A stretch of 64,000 bases of DNA from Gracilinanus agilis (Eukaryota). The position numbers were made by a program, and so were the translations under genes. Location of the stretch: contig NC_058131.1 of the NCBI RefSeq assembly GCF_016433145.1, forward strand, positions 654,299,633 through 654,363,632, read 5' to 3'. Shown here piece by piece: positions 25,851 through 38,972 of the stretch. Under the pieces are notes generated by a model. It made no database searches. It saw only the letters and a list, made by a program, of their open reading frames with translations, and was not told the DNA's origin. Each line of letters begins with the position of its first letter. Positions within the stretch are counted from its first letter, which is position 1.

Positions 25851-27289
25851 CTCAATAAGCATTTGATGTCAGACGCTGGAGAAGCAAAGCCAAAAGTAAA
25901 TTAATTCCCTCCCTCAAGGAGCTTGAATCATGTTAATGGAGGCCATATGTACACATATAGATATGTACAGTCACAAGACAAATGTAAGGTAGTTAAAAAT
26001 GAGGGCTTTGGAAGCTGGTGGGGAATCAGAAAAGGCTTCAGAACCACAGGTTAGGTAGGTCAGCTCCGGATTACAAGGAGGCATTAGAGTAGGACTTTAG
26101 TGGTGGGATGCAGTTTTATACACTTAAATTTAAGTTGCTTTAGCAATGAGTCATGGAACAGGGTTTGACTAGGAGAGCTCCAGGGTTTCTGCCTGGCAGG
26201 GTGGGTATGAAATGTGCCCAGCATGAAATCAAAGGCAACAGCCAGGATTTCTCCAGAAGGACCATTTGAGCCAACAGCCAAGCTTGCTCTTTTAATGGAG
26301 TAGCCCAAGGCTTTTGAGTCAGTCCAATCTTGGTGTGTGGGGTGAATGGAGGAAGGTATCCATCCAAAGTTTAATTGAAAACTCTTCTGCCTGGGGGAGC
26401 CAAGCTCTTCTAGGGCACCAAGTTCACTTTCTTTGACCCAAGCATCTTCTGAGTCTGATGTTGGAGGCAGTGCCATGTCCCTGGGGTAAATGAGGCTCAG
26501 CTGGATGCCAAAATTTCCAAGTCCTTGAGTTGTCATCATCAGATTAGTTTTCCAGGGTTGAATTGAGTACTTGACATCATATTCTCTCAGTTGAAGAGGC
26601 AAAGAATCAGGCAGGCTATTTTCTAGACTAAAGTTGTATCTATTAAATTAATTACTTTCCAGACAGATCAAACCACCCTTCCCACTCCCCTTTCCCATTG
26701 AATCTACCAATTGTTTAACTGATTGTTTGGATGTTGCATAGATACAGTCCTGGGGAGAACATTTTCAAGTTTCTCCCTTATTATTTTGTTTTAATTTCTC
26801 TTGCTTCATGTTATTGTTTCTGGCTCTTTGGGGACCTTTTCTTAAACAGGATTGTTGGCTGGGAGGAGGTTCTCCTATGACTCCTGGGGGACAGTGGTCC
26901 TTGTCAACATACCATTAGAAATTCACATGGATAGCCTCTAGGTAGAACTGCTGCTTGTACTCTGAAAATCGATGATGAAAAGACTCCCTCTCTTTTGAGG
27001 GGTTCATCTTTAAGCAGATCCAGATGGCAAAGCAATTTCTTATTTGATGTCCGGATGTGTTTAATCAGGATGGTCCTGGAAAATCATGGTTTCCTTTTCT
27101 GGAGTACTTGGCTAACTTTGCTTTAAAACAATAGAATATGGATACAGTTGGGTTTCATTTTTTTTCTTTTCTTTTCTTTTTTTTTAAATGGAATCTTAAG
27201 AAATTAAGTCATTTGATTCCTCTACTTTCCACATTGCCTCCAAATTCCCAGTGAACCTTTGGGGTGGGGGAATTAGGAGGAGCAGTGTA

Positions 27290-27780
27290 ACATCCTTGTA
27301 AACTGTCCTTATTAACTCAACATTTTATTTAAATTGTGCTTAGCACCTGCCTCCAATTACCCAGCTCCCAGGCCCAGCTTTGGCAGACACCCGGGCTCTG
27401 ATTAAATCCAGGCTCTGCACTGGTGCGCCATGAAGCCAAGCGAAGGCCCCTCCGCCCATTTGAAGGAGAGATCATTTGTCTTCATCAGCCTGGGCTATCC
27501 TTGAGTGGTTTGACAAGAGCATCTCATCGAAAGCTAATCAGGACTGTTATTGTTGAGAGGTAGCCGTCATTTATCGTGGTCTTTCAGGAGAGGCAGGGGA
27601 GTGATCTGTATTCATTAATGTTCTCACAAATTACTGTTCCTTGATTAACATATGACTGGCATTGGGTGGCCTGGTCCCATTAGCTGCTTTCTTACAGGCC
27701 ACTGACTCCCTGATGGTTACCAAGTGATAATACAATGTCAGCACCATAGCTTCAGTTTGTCCGCATCCCCTCCTTAGTGT
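27290..27780. promoter_or_regulatory. Candidate conserved non-coding or enhancer-like segment
   Basis: No repeat recognised; higher GC, about 7 CpGs in 27390-27580, and several TAAT/ATTA cores. Function is inferred only. Confidence 0.3.
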
Positions 27781-28219
27781 CCAGATCATCTTGTCTTCAG
27801 GATTCTTCTTTAGCCTCAACATCTACTCTGTTTATACATATATGATCCCATAGACTATCTCTATTGAATTACCTGGTTAGTTCCTTTGACTAATTTTTTT
27901 TTAAATTTTAATTTAATTGACTTTTTTTCTTTCTCCAGAATTACCTTGGTTTGGGGACTAAATTAAATTATTTATCACTTTATGTATTTCAAAGCATTAT
28001 AGTAATACTTCATTTAGCCAGAGATCAATTAATAGGTCATCTTGACCATCCAGTACATATCTGAAAGCTAGGAATAGTGCAATAGAAAAATGTGGAATTT
28101 AGAGGGGAAAAACAAACAAACAAACCTGGATTCAAATCCTAATTCTAATATTTACTACTTGCCTATGTGACTTTTGTTAATTCATTTATCCATCTCTATT
28201 TTACTTTCCTCTGTTGTAA

Positions 28220-28415
28220 AATAAGGGGATTGAACTATATCTTCTGAATCATGGACCCCTTTGTCAGTCCCTATGGTGCCCTTCTCAGAATAATCTTTTT
28301 AAAAAACAGAAAAATAAAATACTCTAAATTTATATAGGTAAAGTATATAAAATGGAGTATATTAAAAAGTTATGAAAATTTTTAAAAGATATTTATAGAT
28401 CCCATGTTAAGAACT
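28220..28415. mobile_element. hAT-Charlie MITE fragment (a related piece lies at ~29750-29870)
   Basis: catggacccctttgtcagtc...cccttctcagaataat...gatcccatgttaagaac resembles Charlie-derived MITEs. Confidence 0.6.
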
Positions 28416-29104
28416 AAATGATCTTCCAAATTTATTCTAAAATCCTGAGCCCTTTGAGTGTAATGCCAAAAAACTTGTGAAAATGTGAAGGTTTAAGTAC
28501 CTTTATGATGTCAGCCAAGTTCAGCATGGTCATAGTGAAAAGTGAGTAAATTCATAGCTTAAAGGTCCTACAGAGAGTGCTGTCTATTGTATCTGAGAGA
28601 CGGAATTTATACTGAGGCAGCAAGGTAGAATAGTAACTAGAATAGTAATAGTAACTAGAACATGGAATTGGGAATCAAGAAGAGCTGAGTTTGAATCTTG
28701 CCTCAGAAATGTATTAGTTGTATGAACTTGAGTAAGTTATTTAATTTCTCAGAATCTCAGTGTCCTCATCTGGGAAATGGGGAAAATAATGATATCTTCT
28801 TCAAAGTGTTATTGTGAAGATCACGTAAGATGTGTACGTAAAAAGTTTTGCTAAATTTAAAGCACTATACAAATATTGTTGTATTACTGCCACTACCATC
28901 TTTCTGCCTCAACAGTTAGCAAGGGAACCTGCATTCCATTAGGTACTCTAGCAGAATATTTTATAGTCTGCCTAGGTACAGAGAGAATCGCCTTGATATA
29001 TCTGTTACTAAGTACTTAGAGTTTCACAGGAGACTTTGCTGTATTCCAAGAAAGAACCCACTTCAGAACCAATGAGCCCTAGATATGATTCATCATTCTT
29101 GACT

Positions 29105-29250
29105 AAGAAGAAAGAAGGAAAGTAAGTAAGAAAGAAAAAATAAAAAAGAAAGGAAGGAAGGGGAAAAGGAAGAGAGGAAGGATGACAGAGAGAACAGGAG
29201 GGAGGAAAAAAGGAAAGAAAGAATGAAAATACAGGAAGACAGAAACAATT
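29105..29250. repeat. GA-rich low-complexity tract
   Basis: Nearly all purines on the + strand. Confidence 0.85.
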
Positions 29251-30639
29251 GTGGCTTTAATAAGTTTGGTAAAAGCTCACTTTAGTTGCTAAGACTGTCT
29301 TGGCTCAAGGATACTTTGCTCAATCTGAGTAACACTGATCCTGATCCACTGACTAAGAGCATTACTTAGTCTTTTTCTAATTTTGTGACTTATCTTAACT
29401 CTGACCTATGGGACACAGCTTCCTGTGTAGCCTTGTTCAACTCTTGTGACCTATGTAGATCTGAGCCTCCCAGTTGACTTGTCTAGTGCAAAACATATTA
29501 GTCCTTCAATCAAGCATCTAATAATTCCTATTTTAGGTATCGTTCTAATAAACTGACTTTGGTACCATGAGGTTTGGACTTGGCCATTAGAAATCTGACT
29601 CTACCTTCCCCAGCATCCTTTGTCTCATGTTACAGTTTTTCCTTTGCATGGGCCAGCCTAGCACCCTATTTACTGGCAACATCTGGCAAGTTTTCTGCTA
29701 TTACTACTTCCTGTCATTTTCTTGAGGTCTCTAAAGCCCAGGATTTTCACAGGAGTTCACAAACTTTTGTCTTTACACTGTGGACACCTATGGCAGCCTG
29801 GGGAAGCCTGAGGACCTCTTCTATAAATAATGTTTGTTGCCAACATCATAACTGAAATAAATATAATATTCCAGCTAGAAAATAGCAAAAATATAGATGT
29901 AATTTCTTTTTCCATCCAAGTTCATTGTCTTATAGAGATCTTGGTATAGGGGAAAGATTACAATTTCTTCTTCTGACTAAAGTTTTCTCTCCTAATTATT
30001 TAAGCAAACTGGATCACTGAGTATTCCCAGGAACTTGACAATCCATTTCCAAACTCTGAATAATTCCATTAGCCATTCCTCAATATAGAATCCATATTAC
30101 CACCATACACTACCATATTGGACTACCTTCAAGGTAAAAGCTGGGAGTGGGTTGTGGAGGATCAAATAAGATAATGATTATAAAGCTCTTAACCCAGTAC
30201 ATCCAGCGAGCACTACATAAATGTTAGCTATATAATTATTGGATCCATCTTAAACTCAACTTCTCCCAAATAGAATTCATCTTTCTTTTCAACTGTCCCC
30301 TCTTACTTAATCTCACTTCTACTAGCAAAGGATTTACCATTCTTTGTCAACCAGGCTCACAACTTAGCTATGACTTGGCATCAATAACTCCTCACACTTT
30401 CTCTTAACCTCTTCTGTCCCATTAGTTCTCAAGTCTCATCGTCTCTACTTTTGTAACAACTTTAGGATATATTCCTTTCCCCCTTTTCCCCACTCTGAAC
30501 CAGACCCTCATCATCTCATACCTGGTCTGTTTTCTCACCTTCTCTTGGTCTTTCTGCCTCAAGACTTTCAGTTGTTGAGGGGGTCTTCTTAAAGCACAAA
30601 TCTAAGCATCCCTCCCCCACTAGTCAATGAACCCCACTA

Positions 30640-31200
30640 TTCAATGATCACCTCCATTTGTAAGGGTGTTCAGGTAGCATCTGTGGTGAGAGGGCTTGCT
30701 GAGCCCTTTTCAGAGATGCTCATTCACCTTTGGTGTCCACCTGGTTCTCAACATTCGCCTGTGAATCCAAGAAGCTGTAAGCAGGGAATGGCCTTCCCCA
30801 TCAGACTATCTTGGCAGATGGGCTAACCCAGGTAAAAAGCATAATCGACAGGCCTCAAACCCATCAGTGAGTTGGGGAGAATATCTGCTCAAGGCATGTG
30901 AAGATTTCTTCCAGCAGAATAACCAGATGAGAACAATTTGTTCCAAGCATCATGAAGGTGGCTGAAGTAAGCACTGTGGAGCACTTAGAGCTTGCCCAGA
31001 TAGCTTTGCTGAGGTCATCCACTGCATGCCAGACCATCACCAACTTTTTTTTTTACTTTTGACTTGCCACTGGACATCAATAACTCTGGGAGAGAGAGTG
31101 AGCCTAAGAACTTTGTGCAACTCTGTTTTGTTTAAATCCAATTTGTGCACAAGTCAAGACAAAATCCCATGTCATAGATCCTCTTTGAAAATGAAGGACA
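30640..31200 (+). mobile_element. RTE-derived element (RTE LINE / WALLSI-like SINE)
   Basis: gagaacaatttgttccaa...ggtcatccactgca...gccactggac...actttgtgcaactctg...aaatccaatt...caagtcaagaca matches marsupial RTE-family text as I recall it. Confidence 0.75.
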
Positions 31201-31203
31201 GAA

Positions 31204-31405
31204 GGGAGGCAGCTAGGTGGCTCAGTGGATTGAGATCCAGAACTAGAATTGTGAGGTCCTAGATTCAAATTTATCCTCAGACACTGCCTAGCTGTGTGAC
31301 CCTGGGCAAGTCACTTAACCTTTACTACCTAGCCTTTACTACTCTTTTGCCTTGGAACTAGTACATAGTATAGATTCTAGTACAGAAAGTAAGGGTTTAA
31401 AAAAT
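31204..31405 (+). mobile_element. SINE-1-type element inserted in the RTE-like tail
   Basis: Full head and tail; flanks aaaatgaaggaca/aaaatgtaggaca form a TSD with 1 mismatch. Confidence 0.88.
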
Positions 31406-31989
31406 AATAAAATGTAGGACAAACAATACCTCCATGATCAAATAGAACTCTTCTCCTTCTCTTCTCTACCTCCTGACTTCCCTGGCTTCCTTCAAGTCTC
31501 AAAGTCCAACCTTTAGCAAGAAGCCTTTCCTAGTAATTAACCCTTCCTTTTAATGATTATCTCTAATTTATCACATATATATCGTGTTTGTGCTAGTTAT
31601 TTGCTTATTTTCTTCCCAATTAGACTGTCAGCTCCTTGGGGGCAAGGACTATTTTGTTTTGTTTTTTGTTTTGCTTTTATTCTTTGCTTTGTAGCTCCAG
31701 CTCTTAGGTAGAGCTTGGCACATAAAAGTCACATAAATGTTTCTTGACTTGACTTGTTGACTTCTCAAATTTTCATAGACCATTTTGAAAATCATAGCAT
31801 CAAACTTTGAGAGATCATCTTTGACTTTTCTTAGCTTGTATGCTCCTTTTAACACCTGATTTCTACTTGAAATTCTTTACTGTATACTGAAGCTAGTTTT
31901 CTACCAGTAAATACAGTGTTTGAGAGATGTAAGAATAAAAAGAGCCAGCAACCAATGGTATGATAGAGGAGAGATAGAAAGAGAATCTA

Positions 31990-32882
31990 TGTGGTGAGAC
32001 TCTCTTCTAGCTCTCCCCTTGCACCAAATATACACTAGGAAACTTCTAGGGGGTGCCACTCTGAAACTGGGTGATCTGGATGGTCATGCCGCCCCACAGG
32101 AGTTGGGGGCAAGGCTTCCCTATGAGATGAGGTATCTGATTCTGAATGAGGGCGGGGTTCACATAAGCCTCCCCCGATGTCAGTCAACTTCACAGTAGGT
32201 GGTCTGGTACCAAGATGGAGGCAGCCATACTAAGCTGTGGTTCCCCTCTCCCTTGTTGTCTCTCAGGCACTCCAGAATGCTATCTGACCAATGAATGGCT
32301 TTTATTAATCACAATTCAGGGATTGGGGAAAGGAGTGAATGGCAGAGGGATTTGGGGTGCCCTCTTCTCTATTCCTATGGAGTCCATCACTAAGGTAGAA
32401 ACTTTAATGGCTCCCACTTCTAAGCTTCTTCCCCTGCCCCTTCTCCTTCTGATTCTATTTCTAGTTTTCTGTTTTTATCCTTTTCTATAATAGTAAGTTT
32501 TGACTGAAAGGGGGTCTCCCAGCAAGGTTGGGTAATGGGAGGAGGAGATTAAGAGATCGCTCCCAAAATGGAGCCCAAAAACTTAGCTGAGTTGATGATT
32601 GAAGTCTTGCTGGGTGAGATGTGATGGAATCTTTGACCAGGGAATCAGGGTTTCAATGTCCAAAGAAAGATCCTCAGGAAGCCCTCAGGACTGGATCAGA
32701 GCTGGGATGTCCTCCTCCTCTCTCAGTCCTCTGCCGTAAGCCCCCTCTTCTTCTTCTTCTTCCTCCGGAGCATCTCCCAGCATTCCCCCTGGTCTCAACT
32801 GGCAGTAACTGTCGCCAACAGTCAGCCACTCCTTCTCTGGCTCCTTTTGTCCTATCCCCTTTGCACAAATCCCATCCTTACA
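31990..32882 (-). mobile_element. Probable solo LTR (ERV-like)
   Basis: GC-richer 893-bp block bounded by TG...CA (minus TGTAAGGATGGG...TCTCACCACA), with AATAAA on the minus strand near 32322. No clear TSD found. Confidence 0.5.
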
Positions 32883-33882
32883 GAGATCACCTACGTACCT
32901 TAATGGAGAGAGAGATAATCATTGAGTTAGGAAAATATAAATTAAAGGCTTAACTCTGATGACTCTAACAAAGTCCTTTAACCTCTAAGTGATGCTGGGC
33001 TTGGGGTCAGGAAGACTTGAATTCAAATTCACAATTAATAGCTCTGTGATCATGGACAAGTCACTTCACTCTATCTCAGTTTCCTCATCTCTAAAATGAG
33101 CTGGAGAATGAAAAGGTAAACCACTCTAGTATCTACTGCAGAAAACCTCAAATGGGGTCACAAAGAGTCATACACAATTGGAACTGAATAACAACAAAAG
33201 CCCCAGAAAACCCTCTTATCCTATAAATGGCAAAGCAGGTACCCCTCTGCAAGGGGAGATGTTTCCTCATCAAAAATACACTATGCTAATGAAATCACAG
33301 GTCTGGCATTCCCCAAAGTATTCACAACACAAAGGAAGCAGCTTTTATTAAAAGATTGAAAAGTAAACAGAAATCCAGGAGGCCTAAAATAAAAAACTCT
33401 GTTACAAAGATATTTGTAAAATTCCCAACTATTTGAAATTTGAAATCTCAATGGCTATTGTCCCTTTTATCCACTATAAGTGATTCATTGGTGTGATTTG
33501 AGATGTGGCATCAATATCTAGAGTTGCATGATTGGATCATGGAAAGGGAGGGCCTTGGAGACCATTTATTTTGAATTTCTGATTTTATAGATGAAGAAGC
33601 TCAAATCCTTACTGACTCAATGACTTACACAAAGTCACGTGGTTATTAAATGACAGAGCTGTGGTTCTATCTCCCTGTGGAGGCTTCCTCTGAAGTGGGA
33701 GACCCAAAGTGCTAGTCTTTCCTGTTCTGCTACATGGTTGTCTTTTGACCTATCATGATCCAAAATTGCAACAACAAACTCTTATCTGTCCTTGAGCATG
33801 GTCTTCTCCCCACCTCTTCACATATACCATCCACAAGAGAAAATGGCAAGAGTTGTCATTGTCTATCAAGAGATAAGGTTCT

Positions 33883-34070
33883 GGGGGGCAGCTGGGTAGC
33901 TCAGTGGAGTGAGAGCCAGGCCTAGAGACAGGAGGTCCTAGGTTCAAACCCAGCCTCAGCCACTTCCCAGCTGTGTGACCCTGGGCAAGTCACTTGACCC
34001 CCATTGCCCACCCTTACCAATCTTCCACCTATAAGACAATACACTGAAGTACAAGGGTTTAAAAAAAAAA
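33883..34070 (+). mobile_element. Young full-length SINE-1-type element with perfect 15-bp TSD
   Basis: aagagataaggttct at 33868-33882 and 34069-34083; poly-A tail; same diagnostic tail as the 5094-5277 copy. Confidence 0.95.
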
Positions 34071-35017
34071 GAGATAAGGTTCTTTTTGTCATGGAACACA
34101 CCCTTATCATTTACTATCATCACAGAATTTAGATCTCAATGGGTCTTTCAAGTTTATCTAAACCAACTTCTTCCCATCACTAGAGACATTGATAATTCAC
34201 TTACAACTTCTTTTTAAATTTTGTTTCATTTTGTTTTTGTTTTAAAGGTTAAGAAATGGAGGCTCAGAGAGGCAGAAATGTCCAAGGATCAGTAGATGGT
34301 GTCAGAAGTGGGAATTGAACCTGGATCTGCAATTCTGTGAGTCCTATCATCAATTCCAGGGAAGATGCAGGGACCACAAATTGTCCTATTTCTCCTGGCA
34401 TCTGATTTCATTTTCATAATGTTTCCTTTTCATAACCATATCCCCAGCACCTAGCAGTCCCTCACATATAATAAATGTATGATAAATGCTTGTTGAATGA
34501 GCACATGATTATTCTTATCTGAAGTCAGGGATGTATTTTTATGGATTCTCAAGGCATACTTTCTTTCAGGCTGTCAAATATTTTCTCAAATCAGCTCAGT
34601 GAGAAAAAAGATTTGATTAAAATTCTATTTCCAGAGACTAAGAATTATTTTACAACTTTTTTGGGGGAGGGAGCATATAATTTTACTTTTGTTTTTCAAA
34701 TGAGGAAGACAATCTTTTGAGCCATATTTATGGTGACATCAAACTTTTGAAATCATCTTATCAGTAATGAAATCATTTGAGTCTAGAACAACTGTGTGAT
34801 TGCTAGAAATCCACATTTAAGCATATCTATTTAGAATCCCTTCTGCATCCCCTCCACTTAAACTTATGTGTGGTCTATAGTGAAGAAATAAAGTACAGAA
34901 CGAGATATTTCTCTAATTTTAGGGGATGGTAATTGAATGAAAGGTAAGTAGTTGGAACCTAGTCAACTAAGCTTGTCAGCAATGGAGAACTTGAGTTCTG
35001 GGTTTGGTACATCTTTC

Positions 35018-35938
35018 CTAATATCATCCATTTAGATTTAGCAGAGCTGGAATTTGAACCCTGGCCATCTAATTCCAAATTCAACATTCTTTCTACTCAG
35101 TGCTGCCACTCCCAACTTAAGCAAGTCTTGTCATTCTCCCTTAAGATTCAATGTTAAGTTCCCATCTCCTATCAAATCCTCCTGAGATCATTGAGAACAT
35201 ATACGTGCCTTAGCATGTAACCCTTGCTGTCTTGTTGATCTTTTGACATCCCATTAATAGACAAACCATCTGTGTATGACAGTGACTCTGGCTTACGGAG
35301 GAATTCCGAGTCTTCTCCCACTCTTGCTTGACCTTGGAGCCTTTAATTAGTGCAACCTCCTGTTATTTCCTTCTCCACAGCCTGCTTTGATTTCTGCCCC
35401 ACAAACATGAATGGAAGTCTTGCTGATAAGGTATAGAATGCAGAAAAACAGATGAGTGGGGTTGTTGTATACACAGCAAACATTATTAGAATAACATTCC
35501 TAATCCCTTAATGAGTGCCTAGTGTCAAGATGGTAAAAGGGAGTGATAAAGCTGGATTCTCTGGCAAACAGAAGCTCGGAGAATGTCTTACACTAACAAA
35601 CTTACTCATGTCATGAAATCCACTTGATCTTTGTCAAGATGCTTATGGAAACTCATACTAATTGTGGAAGGGGGGAAGTGGCTAGGAAGCTCATTTTGAG
35701 GGCCCATGGCCCCAAATGATTATATTTCATAGCTGTGACATTAACATAAACACACTATGATAGGGAGACCATATGAGTTCTCTTTTTCTACCCTAAAAAT
35801 AAGAGACTCATTATACATTAATGTCTTGTATATGCAGCCCCAGCAGAATATGGAATGAATGAATGAATGAATGAAACATTTGTTAAGCACTTACTATATT
35901 GAAAGCATTATGCTAAGTGCTAGCTTATAGAAAAGTGC

Positions 35939-35985
<47 letters not shown>

Positions 35986-38925
35986 GTGTGTGTTTGTGTA
36001 TGTGTGTGTGTAAAAGTGAAACAGTCACAACCCTCAAAAAGTTTAAATTCTAATGAGGGGAGACAACATATATGATAGATTTTAGCTAAGAAGTCAGAAG
36101 TGAAGGTCTTATGGTCTTGCAGTGACGAATGTCACTTCTTCAATGTTATTTCCACGGATAAGTTTATGTTGGGTTCAGATACTGAACAATTTAACAATTC
36201 CGAGGATTTTGGTGACAAGCTCTTTCTTTTCTAAATCTTGAAGAGCTATTATTGTGGTATCTTCAGGAACATTTGACAATCTGTATCTCTCCAGGTGGGG
36301 CTTCTCAGGATCTGCTCTTTCATGGAGTTCCAGTCTAATGGGGGAGACTACATGCAAACAACTATGGAAAAACAAGCTAAAAAACATGATAAATTGGATA
36401 TAATCAGCAAATTGAAGGTATTAGAATTAAGGGGGTCAGGAAAGACTTCCTTTAGAAGGTGGGGTTTTAGCTGAGACTTGAAGAAAGCCAGAAATGCCAA
36501 AAAGTAGAAATGAGAAAGTAGAGAATTCCAAGAATGGGTGACAACCAGTAAAAAAATGGCTAAATTGACAATTATTCCAAGAAGGTACAAGTGGATGGGG
36601 TCACACTGAACTCATTTTAAAAACAAAAGAAAACAAAATATTTATATAATTCTTACTATGTGCTAAGTGCTTTCCAATTATTACATCATTTGATCCTCAC
36701 ATCAACCTCAAGAGGTAGGTATTGTTATCCCCATTTTATAGATGAGAAACCTGAGGCAAACAGATTAAGCTATCATTTTCAGCTGTCATTCAATAATTCT
36801 TAGAACAGAGGCAGTTGTAAATGTCCTGAGGTAGATTGACATGACTGTAAATTATTGAAGAAGAGTAGAAAAATCATTGATTAGAACTTTTAAAATGACT
36901 CAGGATCTAATTCAGAAGAAGGATTTTCCTTAGAGTTTTCTTTTTCCCTTTTAAATAGCCATAAAAGTTCACGAGAACCCAGATGGTGATAGAAAATCTT
37001 GAGGCAGACCCAAGATTCACTAAGCACGCCATGACCCAGTCCATTGAAACTTTAAGCAATGTGAATTTTTTGGCATTCACCATGGGTTCGGCAGGTGGGA
37101 AGATGAGGGGAAGGGAAGTAACAACAATGAGCAAGAATCACAATTCATGCTCACAAACAACATTCGGCACCAATTAAATCTTTCCTTTGGGTGAACAGAC
37201 CTTGCAGGCTCTTTGAGCCACAGATAACCCAAGCTGACAAGCTGGATAGAACATTCAAGGCTAATATTTTCCTTGAAAGTCTACTGAGAAAATCTCCCCA
37301 AGAATAAGAGTGTGCTCTTCATCAATATCAGAAGTATATATTGTCTTCCCCCCCCCATAATTTCTCTTTCGGATAACAAATTGGCTAACAGAGCAGGGGG
37401 AAATTTTAGTTGAAGACTGCGAGAATTAACTTCCCCTAGTTTGCTATATTTTCATCTCTCACTGGGTATTTGGGATCATAGGACATCTACTATAAATGAT
37501 ACATGGGGTGTGGACAAATCTTGGAATCTCTAATGTCTTTGAAAGCTCAACTCAAATGTCACCCACTTCCAACATGGAACTTTCCCTGACAACTTTCCAA
37601 TCCTCCTAAATGGTCAGCTCTATGCAGGGTAAAACCTTCTAGTCAGTTAAATCAGATGCAGTTTCCCTAAGGATGAAGAGTTCTTTTTGTTCAGACAAAA
37701 GTTGTTTTTTGGTTTGGTTTGTTTTTTTGTTTTTTTGAAGGAAAAGATTGCTTGTGGGGTGGGAAGATTTCTTAGTTATCCCTTTTCCCATGAGGCATGG
37801 TTGGGTTAGACTTAAACAAGAGAAGGCCATATTCTTCAAATATGGTTCATTTTCCTTGCAAATCTGGTGTAATCCAAGAGTTCAAGACCAGGAGACAAGT
37901 ACATTGAGTTCTAAATACTGATATTTAAAAAACTCACAATGAGGGGCAACTCATGACCTCCTAAAACAGTCCATTTCATTTCGGCATAGTTCTGATTCTT
38001 AGGNCTAATATCATCCATTTAGATTTAGCAGAGCTGGAATTTGAACCCTGGCCATCTAATTCCAAATTCAACATTCTTTCTACTCAGTGCTGCCACTCCC
38101 AACTTAAGCAAGTCTTGTCATTCTCCCTTAAGATTCAATGTTAAGTTCCCATCTCCTATCAAATCCTCCTGAGATCATTGAGAACATATACGTGCCTTAG
38201 CATGTAACCCTTGCTGTCTTGTTGATCTTTTGACATCCCATTAATAGACAAACCATCTGTGTATGACAGTGACTCTGGCTTACGGAGGAATTCCGAGTCT
38301 TCTCCCACTCTTGCTTGACCTTGGAGCCTTTAATTAGTGCAACCTCCTGTTATTTCCTTCTCCACAGCCTGCTTTGATTTCTGCCCCACAAACATGAATG
38401 GAAGTCTTGCTGATAAGGTATAGAATGCAGAAAAACAGATGAGTGGGGTTGTTGTATACACAGCAAACATTATTAGAATAACATTCCTAATCCCTTAATG
38501 AGTGCCTAGTGTCAAGATGGTAAAAGGGAGTGATAAAGCTGGATTCTCTGGCAAACAGAAGCTCGGAGAATGTCTTACACTAACAAACTTACTCATGTCA
38601 TGAAATCCACTTGATCTTTGTCAAGATGCTTATGGAAACTCATACTAATTGTGGAAGGGGGGAAGTGGCTAGGAAGCTCATTTTGAGGGCCCATGGCCCC
38701 AAATGATTATATTTCATAGCTGTGACATTAACATAAACACACTATGATAGGGAGACCATATGAGTTCTCTTTTTCTACCCTAAAAATAAGAGACTCATTA
38801 TACATTAATGTCTTGTATATGCAGCCCCAGCAGAATATGGAATGAATGAATGAATGAATGAAACATTTGTTAAGCACTTACTATATTGAAAGCATTATGC
38901 TAAGTGCTAGCTTATAGAAAAGTGC

Positions 38926-38972
<47 letters not shown>

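Noticed and set aside
26084-26602. Longest ORF (172 aa, minus)
   Set aside because: Non-ATG start, no recognisable homology, in locally GC-richer DNA where stops are rarer; compatible with chance.
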